A DNA stretch of 64,000 bases, taken from Candidatus Hydrogenedentota bacterium. Its GTDB lineage: Bacteria > Hydrogenedentota > Hydrogenedentia > Hydrogenedentales > SLHB01. The position numbers and the translations under genes are program-made. Every line of letters starts with the position of its first letter. The stretch's first letter is position 1. The stretch lies in NCBI GenBank assembly GCA_963674865.2, contig CAXXYE010000009.1:992001-1056000 (forward strand), in the 5' to 3' direction. Shown one piece after another: positions 1 through 10,126 of the stretch. The notes under the pieces are model-generated. The model had not been told where the DNA came from and searched no databases. It worked only from the letters and a program-made list of their open reading frames with translations.

Positions 1-729
1 GCCGTCCGGCATGCGGTTGTGTCCGGGCAGGATGGAGAGCAACCCGTGCTTCAACCGGCAAGCGGGCGCTGGCACTATGTCAATCCCAGCGCGGCCGCGG
101 GCTCCGAGAAGGCCCTTACCCGGGCGCTCGAGGAGACCTTTTTGTGGTTGGGGATAGTCGCCCGGGGCGGTATCGACGGCGCCGGCGTTTTTCGTGTGAC
201 CCCTCTCGGCCGGGCGCTTCTCACTGGGAAGGCTCTCGACAAACTTGACACCTCCTATCCCCAGAGAAAGGCCGAAGTCGTCGTTCAGCCCAATTTCGAC
301 GTGGTGGTCCCTTCACAAGACATGGATCCTCTCCTCACCGTACCTCTCGATCAGTTCGCGCTGCGCGCCAGCACGGGGCACGCCACCGTCTACACCGTCA
401 CGAAGGACTCCTTCACCCAGGCCATCCAAGAGGGACACGACGCGGATGCCTTTCTCGACTTCCTTCTCGTCCACAACCGCCGCGGCACCCTTCCCACGAA
501 CGTTATGACGACCCTCGATGACTGGCGGGGCGGCATCAAACGCGTCCGCCTTCGCACCATACACGTCCTCGAGACCGATGACCCCCTTGTCCTCGCAGAT
601 CTCATGCATCGCCGCCGGTTCAAGAAATGCCTTACTCCCCTGGATCGCCAGCGGGTTGTCGCCTACCGCGATGTCTCCAAATCCGACCTCGCACGCGAAC
701 TCGAGAAAGACGGATTCGTTGTCGATTAG
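1..729 (+). CDS. XPB/Ssl2-type helicase-associated (Helicase_C_3-like) domain protein, 5'-truncated by the window edge
   Basis: Frame is open from base 1. The motifs FRVTPLGRALL, VVVQPNFDVVVP, YTVTKDSFTQA and LPTNVMTTLDDW are typical of this domain. Confidence 0.75.
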   Translation, partial: AVRHAVVSGQDGEQPVLQPASGRWHYVNPSAAAGSEKALTRALEETFLWLGIVARGGIDGAGVFRVTPLGRALLTGKALDKLDTSYPQRKAEVVVQPNFDVVVPSQDMDPLLTVPLDQFALRASTGHATVYTVTKDSFTQAIQEGHDADAFLDFLLVHNRRGTLPTNVMTTLDDWRGGIKRVRLRTIHVLETDDPLVLADLMHRRRFKKCLTPLDRQRVVAYRDVSKSDLARELEKDGFVVD

Positions 730-939
730 CAGTTTGTCGGACTCGGACCTTGTTTGTGTTCCGGATTGAGGCTTGAACCGGCTGTTCTTGGTTCCTAGGC
801 GGCCTCGGCCGCGTCGGCTCTTCGGACAGCGATTGTCCGGCCCGCTCATCCTGTTGGTTGCTCCGGTCGCCCTACTCAAGCAAGAATGAAAATAGCTCCA
901 TACACAACTAGACACGGCCTCCAAAAAACCGACAAGCAG

Positions 940-3285
940 CTAGCCCGCCTCCAGCACCACGAGCTTGTAGATATCGAGGGTCGGGATGACGAAGAACACG
1001 GTGCCGTCCTGGTAGGTGACGGACTGCGATTCTTCCTTCTTGCCGGGCTCGAGCACACGGGCGACAGCGCCTCGCCATTCCTCGCCCAGCGGCAGCGCGA
1101 CCTCGAGATTTGCCACGGGGGCCACGGGCTTCGACTGGGGGTGGGGGACGGCAGGGACGTTGTAGTTCACAATGTGGAGGAGCACCAGTGACTTGCTCTC
1201 TGTCTCCTTGCGGAACGCGCTGAAGCGGACCCCCATGGCGTCGTATGCGTCGGCGAGCCGGAGGGATTTGCCCAAGGCCGCTTCGAGGCGGGGCGCCAGC
1301 TCGCGCGCCTCGACGTAGCGATCCACACCTATCATGCGGTCGAGCTGATAAACCACCCCGGCGCTTCCCGAGGGGACGTTGAGACTGGACTCGCTGTAGG
1401 TCGCGAATTGAAGGGCGGCTTCGCGCGAGACGCGTGCCGGGCCGATCAAGTCATCCGGCCGCTCCGCCACGAGGACCCGATCCCCGCCTGAGCCGGCCAG
1501 GTCGTGCAGGCCGGGGGCTCGCCGCGCCACGCCGAAGGGCGTGTGGGTCGCCACATTGCCTATGAGAACGACGACGCCCCCTCGCTCGTGAAACGCGCGG
1601 ACGACCCGGAGCTGGGCGTCGGAGAGGTACTGTGGCCCGGCCAGGATCAGGGCGCGATAGGGCGCAAGCCCCCCCTCCTGCAATTGCCGCTCCGTGACGA
1701 CGTCGAACAGAATATGCTGTTCGGACAGATAGCGTGTGACATGGTAGATCCACTCCTGGTGCCTGGGATTCTCAAGAATGAGCTCGTCGAAGAGATATAC
1801 GACGCCCACGTCCGAGCAGGGGCGGGCGCCTGCAAGGAGGTCGGCGTGCTCATCGATGAAGGCACGCCAAGGCGCGCGTACCGCCGGGAAACGGGTGCTG
1901 GGCTGGATGTAGGCGGCGCCGCCGTTGGCGAGGTTTTCCGCGTAGCCGAGAGACACGGTTCCCTCGTGCTGATTGCCGTAAGGCAGCACGGCAGCCTGGA
2001 TGTCGAGGGCCAGAGACGCCCGGTACTGCAAGATGTGGTCGTTGTACAGGCCCGGCGCGACGGCCCCGGCGGTATTGCCTTCCTCGAACATCATGAAGTC
2101 CATGCCGGGCGCCCAGAGGACGCCGATATGGGCCATCTCCTCGCGGAACTCGGCCGCGTCAGGTTCTTCCAGATTGCCCCAATTGGGGGAGATGACGAAA
2201 TCTTTCTGGAATTCGCGGCCGGTTTCGCGCAACATGCGCAGGTTTTCGCAAACACTTGCGGCCCAAAAGCGCTTCGTCTCCGCCCAGAGCAGTCGTTCTT
2301 GGGGCGTCTCGATGCCCCACGCCGACAGGTTGCGAGTGCCGATCATCTGTTCGAGCGCGCCGGAGGAGTACTTCCGTTCCAGCCAGAGCCGGAAATCGTG
2401 GGCGGCGCCCCAGAGCCAGCCGTTGCCTGCCTCCTCGATTCGAGCCTCCGCGAGATCCGTGGCGCCGAACATCCGCCCCAGTTCTTCGTCGCTGCGGCTC
2501 TCTAACAAGAAATCGATGAAGGGGGGCGAGTTCTTAATCCAAACAAGGCGGCTGCCTCGCGTAGCGAGGGACGCCTCGGCGGGTGAGTCGACGTGCAAGG
2601 CCGCCTTGAGTTCGGCGGCGCTGTACTTGGCCGCAAGGAAGTCCTTGAACTTGGCCTGGCAGTGCTCGCAATAGCAGTTGAGGTTGCAGTTGTCCACGAA
2701 CACACCGTCATAGTCGACCTGGGCGATATGGCTGACGACGACCCGCTGAAATCGGTTGTAGTCGGGATTGTTGCAGCAGGGCGCCCAGCGGAACATATCC
2801 CATGCCAGGGCGTGCCCATGGCGTTTCTCGTAGTTGAAATGGGGCCTGCCGTTGGGCTCGCGGGCCATCCATTGAATCGGGTCCGTTTCTGGACGCGGGC
2901 CGACGCCGAGGCTGGCGTACTCGTCCCAATGATCATAGAACTCCCAGATGCCGAGCCGCTTGTCCGGCTCGCCCATGAGCGTTTGATTGCAGACATACGG
3001 GATGAGCTGAGTGCACCCGGCGCGGCGCAATCGCTCGAGCAATTGCTTGATCGTCTCGGTTCGGGCAAGCACCTCGTCGGGGGTGATGCGTCTCGGTGGG
3101 CCGTCATCCAGCGGCACGATCGGGCCGCACGAATTCGGGATGGGCACGTCATGGCCGAGGTGCATAAGATGCGGCGGGGCCTTAGCGATACTCTCGATCA
3201 GTTCCTCGGGATCGTAGGCAAATCCCCGGTAGCCGCCGTAGTCAATGCAGTAGGTGAATGGCCGGGACGTCTTCGAGCTTGCCAT
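940..3285 (-). CDS. Putative glycoside hydrolase: GH42-like TIM barrel with a Cys cluster plus a beta-galactosidase trimerisation (GATase-like) domain
   Basis: ATG at 3285 follows the RBS AAAGGAGGAG. Motifs PCCNNP, YDGVFVDNCNLNCYCEHC and FKDFLAAKY, with C-terminal YRALILAGPQYLSDAQL..GGVVVLIG. Confidence 0.6.
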   Translation of the reverse strand: MASSKTSRPFTYCIDYGGYRGFAYDPEELIESIAKAPPHLMHLGHDVPIPNSCGPIVPLDDGPPRRITPDEVLARTETIKQLLERLRRAGCTQLIPYVCNQTLMGEPDKRLGIWEFYDHWDEYASLGVGPRPETDPIQWMAREPNGRPHFNYEKRHGHALAWDMFRWAPCCNNPDYNRFQRVVVSHIAQVDYDGVFVDNCNLNCYCEHCQAKFKDFLAAKYSAAELKAALHVDSPAEASLATRGSRLVWIKNSPPFIDFLLESRSDEELGRMFGATDLAEARIEEAGNGWLWGAAHDFRLWLERKYSSGALEQMIGTRNLSAWGIETPQERLLWAETKRFWAASVCENLRMLRETGREFQKDFVISPNWGNLEEPDAAEFREEMAHIGVLWAPGMDFMMFEEGNTAGAVAPGLYNDHILQYRASLALDIQAAVLPYGNQHEGTVSLGYAENLANGGAAYIQPSTRFPAVRAPWRAFIDEHADLLAGARPCSDVGVVYLFDELILENPRHQEWIYHVTRYLSEQHILFDVVTERQLQEGGLAPYRALILAGPQYLSDAQLRVVRAFHERGGVVVLIGNVATHTPFGVARRAPGLHDLAGSGGDRVLVAERPDDLIGPARVSREAALQFATYSESSLNVPSGSAGVVYQLDRMIGVDRYVEARELAPRLEAALGKSLRLADAYDAMGVRFSAFRKETESKSLVLLHIVNYNVPAVPHPQSKPVAPVANLEVALPLGEEWRGAVARVLEPGKKEESQSVTYQDGTVFFVIPTLDIYKLVVLEAG

Positions 3286-3404
3286 GGCATCTCCTCCTTT
3301 TGACACGGGGCGTGCACGCAACAACCGTGCAGGTTCGGGAGCCGGGATCCGCGGGATTATGGCGAGGCGGCGTGCGGAAGGCCAACGGCAGGCGGCCGGG
3401 GGCC

Positions 3405-3770
3405 TCAGCCCGCGGCACCGTATGTCAGTCTATAGATCAGCATGGCAAGAAAGGCGAGGGCGAGAAGCGACAGAAGCCAGCGGAGGCCGCGCACATCGAA
3501 TACGCTTTCGGCAGGTTTGGCATCCTCGGCGGCTTCGCTGGGCGGGATATCTATCTCCGCATTGCGTAGAATCTCTTTGGCCGCCTCCGCCTGTGCCTTC
3601 GGCACTTGAACACGCATGGGAGAGGCGACAACAAAAGGAGGATACCGGAGAAGGGCGGTGTTTTCCTCGGGGATGAAGGCCTCGATGCCATTCTCGCGTA
3701 AGATTCCTCGGACGAAGTCGGCACTCGTGATGCTCCTCAACTCCGCTATCGTCACCAGGTCTTCAGACAT
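3405..3770 (-). CDS. DUF2007-like small protein with a C-terminal TM helix
   Basis: Motifs ADFVRGILRENGIEAFI and MRVQVPKAQAEAAKEIL, a hydrophobic C-terminus, and RBS GAGG. Confidence 0.7.
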   Translation of the reverse strand: MSEDLVTIAELRSITSADFVRGILRENGIEAFIPEENTALLRYPPFVVASPMRVQVPKAQAEAAKEILRNAEIDIPPSEAAEDAKPAESVFDVRGLRWLLSLLALAFLAMLIYRLTYGAAG

Positions 3771-3792
3771 GACACCTCACTTGTAACTGAGC

Positions 3793-3809
3793 CACCGGCT
3801 CTGCCGGTG
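3793..3809. repeat. Perfect hairpin CACCGGC-TCT-GCCGGTG resembling an IS200/IS605 or REP-type end
   Basis: Palindrome read directly. The family resemblance is inference. Confidence 0.4.
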
Positions 3810-3867
3810 AGCATTGACAAGGCTCTGCCGCTCCAGTGTTTTCTTCTGACGGGATAACAGGATTACC

Positions 3868-4191
3868 AGAATCCGCACGTAAGCGTGGTCCTGCATCCCA
3901 AGTCCGCGCACTGGGGCAGGCAAGATGCCTGCGCCACAATCTCCGGCAGGCAGGATGCCTGCGCTACAATTGCCGGCGCGCTCGCCATTTGTCAAGACCC
4001 GCTTGCTAAGGTCCCTAGAAGGGCCCTGTTGTGGTGCAGGCTTCCAGAAGTCTGGCCAGAAGCTGCGGTTCCTGGTGAGATGCGGCCGGAAAGCATTTGT
4101 AAGCCCTTTTCTCCTAATACTCAAGACTGTCGGTCTCGTTGTTCGGTGGCTTTCTGGCCGCACCCCTGGCCTGCACATTCCCGCGCTTGGC
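3868..4191 (+). mobile_element. MITE-like repeat family A, copy 1. Contains two REP units and a nested insertion at 4048-4169
   Basis: Aligns with 9926-10100 (AGAATCCGCRCGTAAGCGTGGTCCTGCATCCCAA ... TTTGTCAAGACCCGCTTGC ... GCAGGCTTCCAG). REP units GCAGGCARGATGCCTGCGCYACAA at 3916 and 3946. Confidence 0.75.
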
Positions 4192-4284
4192 TTCTGCGGA
4201 GAAGACCTAATTCTGTGAATCTCGTACATCTTGTCCAAAAAGTTCCTCGGCCCCTTTTGGGGGGCCTTTCTTAGTGCGTCGGCG

Positions 4285-4779
4285 TCAAGGCTCGTGTCGA
4301 ACGCCTTCAATCCGAAGGAGTTCCCGTTTCCAGTGGAGGCCCGCCGAGAATCCGCCCAGCCGCCCGCCCGCGCCAAGGAAGCGATGACAAGGCACAATGA
4401 TAGGTACGGGGTTGGCGCCGAGTGCTTGGCCGACGGCGCGCGCGGCGGAGGGCCGGCCCACGCGGCGGGCAAGGCCGCCGTAGGTATCCCATTGCGCCCA
4501 AGAGACGGTTCGCGCCGCCTCCCAAACTCGCCGCCGGAAGGGCGTTCCCTTGCTCAGGTCGAGGGGGATCGCCGCGAAATCCTCCTGCAAGCCGGCGAAA
4601 TAGCGTTCCAGGGCCGCGGAAAGCGCCCGGACGCGGGCGTCGTTGACGGAGGAATGGAGCACGGGAATCCGAACCGCCCGGCCGGGCGACGGCAGCACCA
4701 GCGATTGGAGGCCGGCCGGTGAAAACCACCCGTATAGCATTCCGTTGGGATGCGAGAACGAGAAATTGGCCGTGTCCAC
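4285..4779 (-). CDS. ogt: Methylated-DNA--protein-cysteine S-methyltransferase
   Basis: Motifs GTPFRRRVW, TYGGLA, AARAVGQALGANPVPIIVPCHR (active-site PCHR) and KRELLRIEG. Start is uncertain. Confidence 0.92.
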   Translation of the reverse strand: MDTANFSFSHPNGMLYGWFSPAGLQSLVLPSPGRAVRIPVLHSSVNDARVRALSAALERYFAGLQEDFAAIPLDLSKGTPFRRRVWEAARTVSWAQWDTYGGLARRVGRPSAARAVGQALGANPVPIIVPCHRFLGAGGRLGGFSAGLHWKRELLRIEGVRHEP

Positions 4780-4821
4780 GGCGATTTTCCCCCGGCATAG
4801 CCGGGGGCCTCCTTTCTTATG

Positions 4822-4865
4822 CTAGAAGTCTGGCCTGAAAGCGCGGTTCCCGGCCGCACCCCTAG
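4822..4865 (+). mobile_element. 44-bp CTAG-flanked mini-element (family B), related to the insertion at 4048-4169
   Basis: Sequence CTAG-AAGTCTGGCCTGAAAGCGCGGTTCCCGGCCGCACCC-CTAG. The same ends (AAGTCTGGCC...GGCCGCACCCC) bound 4048-4169. Confidence 0.6.
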
Positions 4866-4873
4866 CGTGTGTC

Positions 4874-5599
4874 TTAACGCTGCCCTTTCAGCACCTGGAA
4901 AAGGGCAATGCCCGCCGCCACGGACACGTTGAGGCTGTCCAGCCCATTTGCCAGAGGGATTCCGGCAAGCATGTCGCAGTCTTTACGCGTGTTTTGACGG
5001 AGCCCTTGATTCTCATTGCCCAAGACGAGGGCACAACGGCTTGCCCACGGTATCGAGAAAACATCCGTGTCAGCACTTGCATCTAGGCCGTACACCCAGA
5101 AATCCGCGTCCTTGAGCGCTCGCAATGCCCGCCCCAGGTTCTTACAGGGCACGATGGGGACATGGTAGGCAGCTCCTGCGCTGGCGCGCAGGACGGTATC
5201 GTCGACAAGGGCCGCCCCGCGTTCCGGGAGCAACACGCCCGACGCCCCCGCCCCCGCGGCCGTACGGATGAGCATGCCCACATTCTTGGGATGCTGCACC
5301 CCGTCCAACACGAGCAGCAAGGAGCGAGGGGGGCACGCAGCCAGGCAATCCGGCAGGGCCGTGTACTCGATCGGGCTGACGAGGGCGGCCACTCCCTGGT
5401 GCTCGCGGGTGCCCGTCAATTCATTCAGCTTGGCCTGGGGAACAAAATCATAGGGCGTCTTGTGTGTTTTCGCCTCTTCGAGGAGGCCTTTCCATGCTCG
5501 CGCACGCGATTCCTTGGCGAGATACAGGCGGTTCACTCGGCGTCCCGCGCGTAGTGCTTCCCGCACGCAGTTCATTCCATACACAACGTTGCCGGCCAT
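4874..5599 (-). CDS. rlmB: 23S rRNA (guanosine-2251-2'-O)-methyltransferase, SPOUT/TrmH family
   Basis: Motifs YGMNCVREAL, HQGVAA, LDGVQHPKNVGMLIRTA, LVLGNENQGLR and DSLNVSVAAGIAL. Confidence 0.92.
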   Translation of the reverse strand: MAGNVVYGMNCVREALRAGRRVNRLYLAKESRARAWKGLLEEAKTHKTPYDFVPQAKLNELTGTREHQGVAALVSPIEYTALPDCLAACPPRSLLLVLDGVQHPKNVGMLIRTAAGAGASGVLLPERGAALVDDTVLRASAGAAYHVPIVPCKNLGRALRALKDADFWVYGLDASADTDVFSIPWASRCALVLGNENQGLRQNTRKDCDMLAGIPLANGLDSLNVSVAAGIALFQVLKGQR

Positions 5600-5799
5600 G
5601 CCTAGAGCCTATAGGACTATCACTTCCGAGACAAGGGGGGAGCGTGCGCGGAGGTTCTTTTAGTGTGTCACGCTGCGGCGGGTGCGGCAAGGCGAGAAGT
5701 CGCCCCAAGAGCCACCCGTTCGGGATTGACTGAGGCCGCGGCGCGGAGTATGTCTATACGGCGTGTTTGGTGCGGGACGTCGAGGGGAGAAAACGAGTC

Positions 5800-7966
5800 A
5801 TGCGGACGCTTCTTATCGCTGTGGAGGTCCTCTGGGCCGTGACGGCCGCCGCGGGGCCTATCGTTGTGGATGGTGAGATCGGGGACTGGGCCGACGAATC
5901 CGCGGCCCGGATAGGAGATGCCCCCGGCCAGCCGCACACGCGTGCCGACGGCCTGGATCCGTTGTGGGGCGCGGGCCGACATCGTGGAGTGGGGCGCCGC
6001 GTCGGACGGCGCGTCATTCTACGGATACATCCGCACCGCGGAGCGCCTGGAACTAGGCGAGGCGACGAACCTGCGCATCGGCTTTCTCGTGGACGCAGAC
6101 GGGGAACAGGCTACCGGCGTCGAGGGCGGGCCAATCTTCAGCGCTTTGTGGCTCGAATTGCTCAAGCCGTGGGGATTCCGCACCTACGATGAGTATTGGG
6201 AGCTGGGCGTCGAGGATGGGCCGGAGGGCGTCGTCGAGTACCGGGACTATACGTATGGCGGGCGGGGCGAGGCCGACACGCCGGAGGACGGTGCCTGGGC
6301 CATCGGGCCGGACGGCCGGACGCTGGAGATGCGCCTGTCGTATGCGACGCTCAACGCCGATCTTGGCGTGCCCGCGCCATTCGGGCCGGAAACGCGCTAC
6401 TTCGTGTGCCCATTCATCAACCGGCGCCTCGGGCCGAACCGCCGCGAGGTCGACGTGGGCGACACGTTTGCCATCGTCCACTCATCGGCCGGGGCGCCGA
6501 CGGTGGCCGTGGCGGCGGGAGAGCCGCGGCTGACGGTGTTGCCAGAGGTCTTCTCTCCGAACGGCGATGGGTGCAATGACCGCGCGAGCATCACGCTGGT
6601 GGATGTCCCCTATCCTGCGGGGGCCGCCATCGAAGTGAGGGCCGCGGACGGGGCCGGCGTGGTGTGGCGTGGCTCGTTGGGTGATGCGGCCTGGGAGTGG
6701 GACGGCTTCGATATCCATGGCAGGCCCGTGCCCGATGGCAGTTACACGGTGTCGATGCGTTCGGGCGATGTGGAGGTATCCGCGCCGGTGACGGTTCGGC
6801 GCTCGACACGGTTCGCGCCGATTCGGCCGTTCTCGCCGAGAACCTTCCCCGTGTTGATGTGGGTAGCTTTGGTTCAAGGCCTTCGGACGGAGCCTACGGA
6901 GGAGTCGCGCGCCTACATCCGTGCCACGTTGAGCGACCTCAAGCATCTGAACGTTGACGTGGCCTTCTACATCTGGGCGGCCCGGCCCATGCACGCGCTG
7001 TTGATCGAGGAGGCGCGGGCCGCGGGGATGCAGGTTGTCCTCCATCTTGTTGATGTGACTCAGGCCATATCGAGTGAGCACCGGCTCACGGAAGAGGAGG
7101 CGCTGGCTCTCGCGCGGGAGGCCCTCGAGCCTTATCTGGACGAGCCGGCGGTGTATGGCTACTACATGATTGACGAGCCTTGGCCGCAGCGGCGTTACAA
7201 CTTGCGCCTCATCAGCCGCGCATTGGCCACGGCCGATCCTTCGCGGCCGGCCTTTGCCTGCCTGAACGGCACCGGGAGGGACGCGGCGGCGTACTTCACA
7301 GCCGTTCCGATGGCCGCGCTCTACCACGACAACTATCCCATCCAACAGGGGCGGCCGCACGACCCCTTCCCGCAATTCTCGAAGGATATGGCCGCTATCT
7401 ACGAGGGCGCCCGTCGATTCGGCGCTCCGGCGTGGCTGGCGCCGCAAACGTTCGGCAGTCCGAGCGAAAACATCCCCTGGCCGACGGCGGCGGAGTACGA
7501 GGCCATGATCTACACCGCCTTGGGCCAAGGAATCCGGGGCATCTTCCACTTCGTCCATCACGGGATAGCCGTCGAGGAGCGGACGGATACGGGTGAGGTC
7601 CGGTTCCGTCCGCATGAACTCTATCCGACGGTGGCGCGCATCGACGCCGAACTCCACCAGTTGGGGCCCGTCCTCTTGCGTTCCCGGCCGGATCGCGACA
7701 CGAAGTTGTCGGCCCTTCCGCAGACGGTGTACACCTTTCCGCTACGCGATGAGGGCCAGGGCCGCTACGTGATCGTCGTCAATACCGACGTCGAGCGGGC
7801 CGTCACCGGCCTGGTGACGGCGCCGGGTCTATCGCCGGGGGCGAAGTGGCGGGATCTGTTGGACGGCTCGACTTTAGCCGTGGACGAGACGGAGGCCGGG
7901 GCGGCCGTGCCCATTCCGCTAAAGGCGGGGCAAGGCCGCATGCTGGAAGTGGTGACAGGGCCGTAG
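5800..7966 (+). pseudogene. Secreted multidomain protein (signal peptide, DOMON/CBM9-like, FlgD-Ig, putative GH TIM barrel) split by a +1 frameshift near 5965-5975
   Basis: The signal peptide and IVVDGEIGDW lie in the frame of ATG 5800. The body (ADIVEWG..., FSPNGDGCND, WDGFDIHGRPVPDGSY, YYMIDEP) lies in the frame ending at 7966. Confidence 0.6.
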
Positions 7967-7996
7967 GGCGAAGCAAGGGCGTGGCGCGACAGTGGC

Positions 7997-8926
7997 CTAG
8001 GCCTTTTTCGAGGCGTGGACGACGATGGCCGCCGAGAAAGGATAGATATACCGGCCGCGCGTCAGCCGGCAAAGGGCAATGCCGGGGAGCTTGATTCCCC
8101 AGAGCATGAGCGCGGCGAGGGCGCTCGAACTGGAATAGGGCCGCGCGACCTCGACCTCGATATCCGTCAGGCCCGCCTGCTCGAAGTACCGGGGCAGCGT
8201 CTTCGGCGAGAAGTCGAAAAGGTGGCGGGGCGCCTCAAAGTGGATGGGCAGCCACGGGAGCCACTTCTTGAGCTTGAAGTAAGGCGTCACATAAGGCACC
8301 TGAACGATCAGCAATCCGCCGGGCGCCAGCCATGAAGTCAGGCGCTCGAACGCCGCCCGCGGATCCTTCATGTGCTCCATGACGGCCACCAACACGATGC
8401 AGTCCTGACTGGCGGGGGGGAACTCGACATCCTCGAGAACGCCTACCTCAACGGATGCCTTCGGCACGTTCCGCCGCACGTACTGCACCGCCGTCTCGCT
8501 CACGTCGATGGCGGACAACTCCCAGGGGAGGTCTTCAATGCGCTTGAGGAGCGGCCCATAGCCGCAGCCGATCTCGAGTAGTCTCCCGCCGTTGGGGCGG
8601 CGGCGGATCAGAACCTTGCGGAGATGCCGCTCGACGGCCCCAAGCGAGCGCGCCCTGACCTCCTCCTCCGCGTCGGTGGTATACATCCCCGCGTAGAACT
8701 TGGGAAGCTCTTCCCGCGTGGGCTGGGGATTGACGTACACCAAGCCGCAGTTCGTGCATTCGCGGATATCGAAGGAGAGTTCCGTGGCCAGCAGGTTGAA
8801 CTTGTCGCTGCCGCAGAGATTGCAGTTGACTTCCTCGGTGTGCTCGAGGCTGAAGGAGTGGTTGAATGTTGTGAAGAATGAACGCTTGACTTCCATTGGC
8901 GATCCGCCGTTCCCGGCCTCTCCCAT
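7997..8926 (-). CDS. Class I SAM-dependent methyltransferase with an N-terminal Zn-ribbon
   Basis: Motifs CNLCGS...CTNCGLVYVNPQP, LLEIGCGYG, MEHMKDP and PRHLFDFSPKTL. Abuts rfbA. An alternative start is at 8896. Confidence 0.85.
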   Translation of the reverse strand: MGEAGNGGSPMEVKRSFFTTFNHSFSLEHTEEVNCNLCGSDKFNLLATELSFDIRECTNCGLVYVNPQPTREELPKFYAGMYTTDAEEEVRARSLGAVERHLRKVLIRRRPNGGRLLEIGCGYGPLLKRIEDLPWELSAIDVSETAVQYVRRNVPKASVEVGVLEDVEFPPASQDCIVLVAVMEHMKDPRAAFERLTSWLAPGGLLIVQVPYVTPYFKLKKWLPWLPIHFEAPRHLFDFSPKTLPRYFEQAGLTDIEVEVARPYSSSSALAALMLWGIKLPGIALCRLTRGRYIYPFSAAIVVHASKKA

Positions 8927-9838
8927 CTATATCGTCAGGCGGGCTGAATCGCCCGGCCGGCCGGCCAATTCCCACCGCGCCAACAGTTGGCGCAGGTACT
9001 CCGCGTAGGCGCTGCTTCCCATGCTGTCGGCCTCTTCAACGACCTGCTCAGGCTTGATCCAGCCTTGCCGCCATGCAATCTCCTCGAGACAGGCAATCTT
9101 GAGTCCCTGGCGCTCTTCGATGGCCTGAACGAACTGCCCCGCCTCCATGAGACTGCGATTCGTGCCCGTATCGAGCCACGCGATGCCGCGGCCGAGCATC
9201 TCGACCTTCAACCGGCCCTGGCCCAGGTACATCCGGTTCAGATCGGTGATCTCGAGTTCGCCGCGCGCGCTGGGCTTCAACGCCTTCGCCAATCCAACGA
9301 CATCGGGGCCGTAGAAGTAGAGGCCGGGCACCGCAAAGGGGCTGCGCGGATGCTCAGGCTTCTCCTCGAGGCTGATGGCCTCTCCTTGCTCGTTGAATTC
9401 GACAACGCCGTAGCGCTGGGGCTCGACGACGTAGTACCCGAAGATCAGAGCGCCGTCTTGGATCGAACCGGCGCGTTGAAGGACGCCGCCAATCCCTCCG
9501 CCGTAGAAGATGTTATCTCCCAGGATCAGGCACGCCGGGCTGTCGCCGAGGAAGTCCTCGCCGATGATGAACGCCTGCGCAAGTCCTTCCGGGCGAGGCT
9601 GTTCCGCATAGGAGAACGAGACGCCTAACCGGGCGCCGTCCCCGAGCAGCTTCCGGAAAAGAGGCAGATCATGGGGAGTCGATATGATCAGGATGTCCCG
9701 GATCCCCGCCAGCATCAAGGTGCTGAGCGGGTAGTAGATCATAGGCTTGTCGTATACCGGCAGGAGCTGTTTGCTCACGACACGAGTCAAGGGGTGCAGC
9801 CGGGTGCCCGCCCCGCCCGCGAGGATAATCCCTTTCAT
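8927..9838 (-). CDS. rfbA: Glucose-1-phosphate thymidylyltransferase
   Basis: Motifs [56 protein letters not shown] and WLDTGT. Confidence 0.97.
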   Translation of the reverse strand: MKGIILAGGAGTRLHPLTRVVSKQLLPVYDKPMIYYPLSTLMLAGIRDILIISTPHDLPLFRKLLGDGARLGVSFSYAEQPRPEGLAQAFIIGEDFLGDSPACLILGDNIFYGGGIGGVLQRAGSIQDGALIFGYYVVEPQRYGVVEFNEQGEAISLEEKPEHPRSPFAVPGLYFYGPDVVGLAKALKPSARGELEITDLNRMYLGQGRLKVEMLGRGIAWLDTGTNRSLMEAGQFVQAIEERQGLKIACLEEIAWRQGWIKPEQVVEEADSMGSSAYAEYLRQLLARWELAGRPGDSARLTI

Positions 9839-9925
9839 TTCCTGCCTTTCCGCGTTATGCCCTGGGACACGCGGGCGGCATTATAGGCGGCGAAACAGGT
9901 GTATTCAACGGAGCGAACGCCGACT

Positions 9926-10126
9926 AGAATCCGCGCGTAAGCGTGGTCCTGCATCCCAAACACGCGCGCCGGAAGCAGGCAGGATGCCCGCGCTACAAAC
10001 TCCGGCGCGCTCGCTCTTTGTCAAGACCCGCTTGCCAAAGTCCAAGAATGGCCCTACTGTGGCGCAGGCTTCCAGCCTGCATATTCCCTCGATTGGCGCG
10101 AAACCTGCCCGGCTTACGTGCGGATT
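9926..10126 (+). mobile_element. MITE-like repeat family A, copy 2 (~200 bp) with terminal inverted repeats
   Basis: The left end AATCCGCGCGTAAGC and right end GCTTACGTGCGGATT (10112-10126) form an inverted repeat with 1 mismatch in 15. Internal REP GCAGGCAGGATGCCCGCGCTAC. The left end starts within a CTAG. Confidence 0.75.

Noticed and set aside
3850..3867. I-SceI-like sequence CGGGATAACAGGATTACC
   Set aside because: It has several mismatches to the true site and no homing endonuclease or vector context, so it is probably chance.
3777..4472. 231-aa minus ORF and overlapping small ORFs, likewise 9905-10198 and the 9747-10352 extension
   Set aside because: These are translations of REP/MITE sequence (CSAGILPA repeats) or alternative frames of ogt and rfbA.
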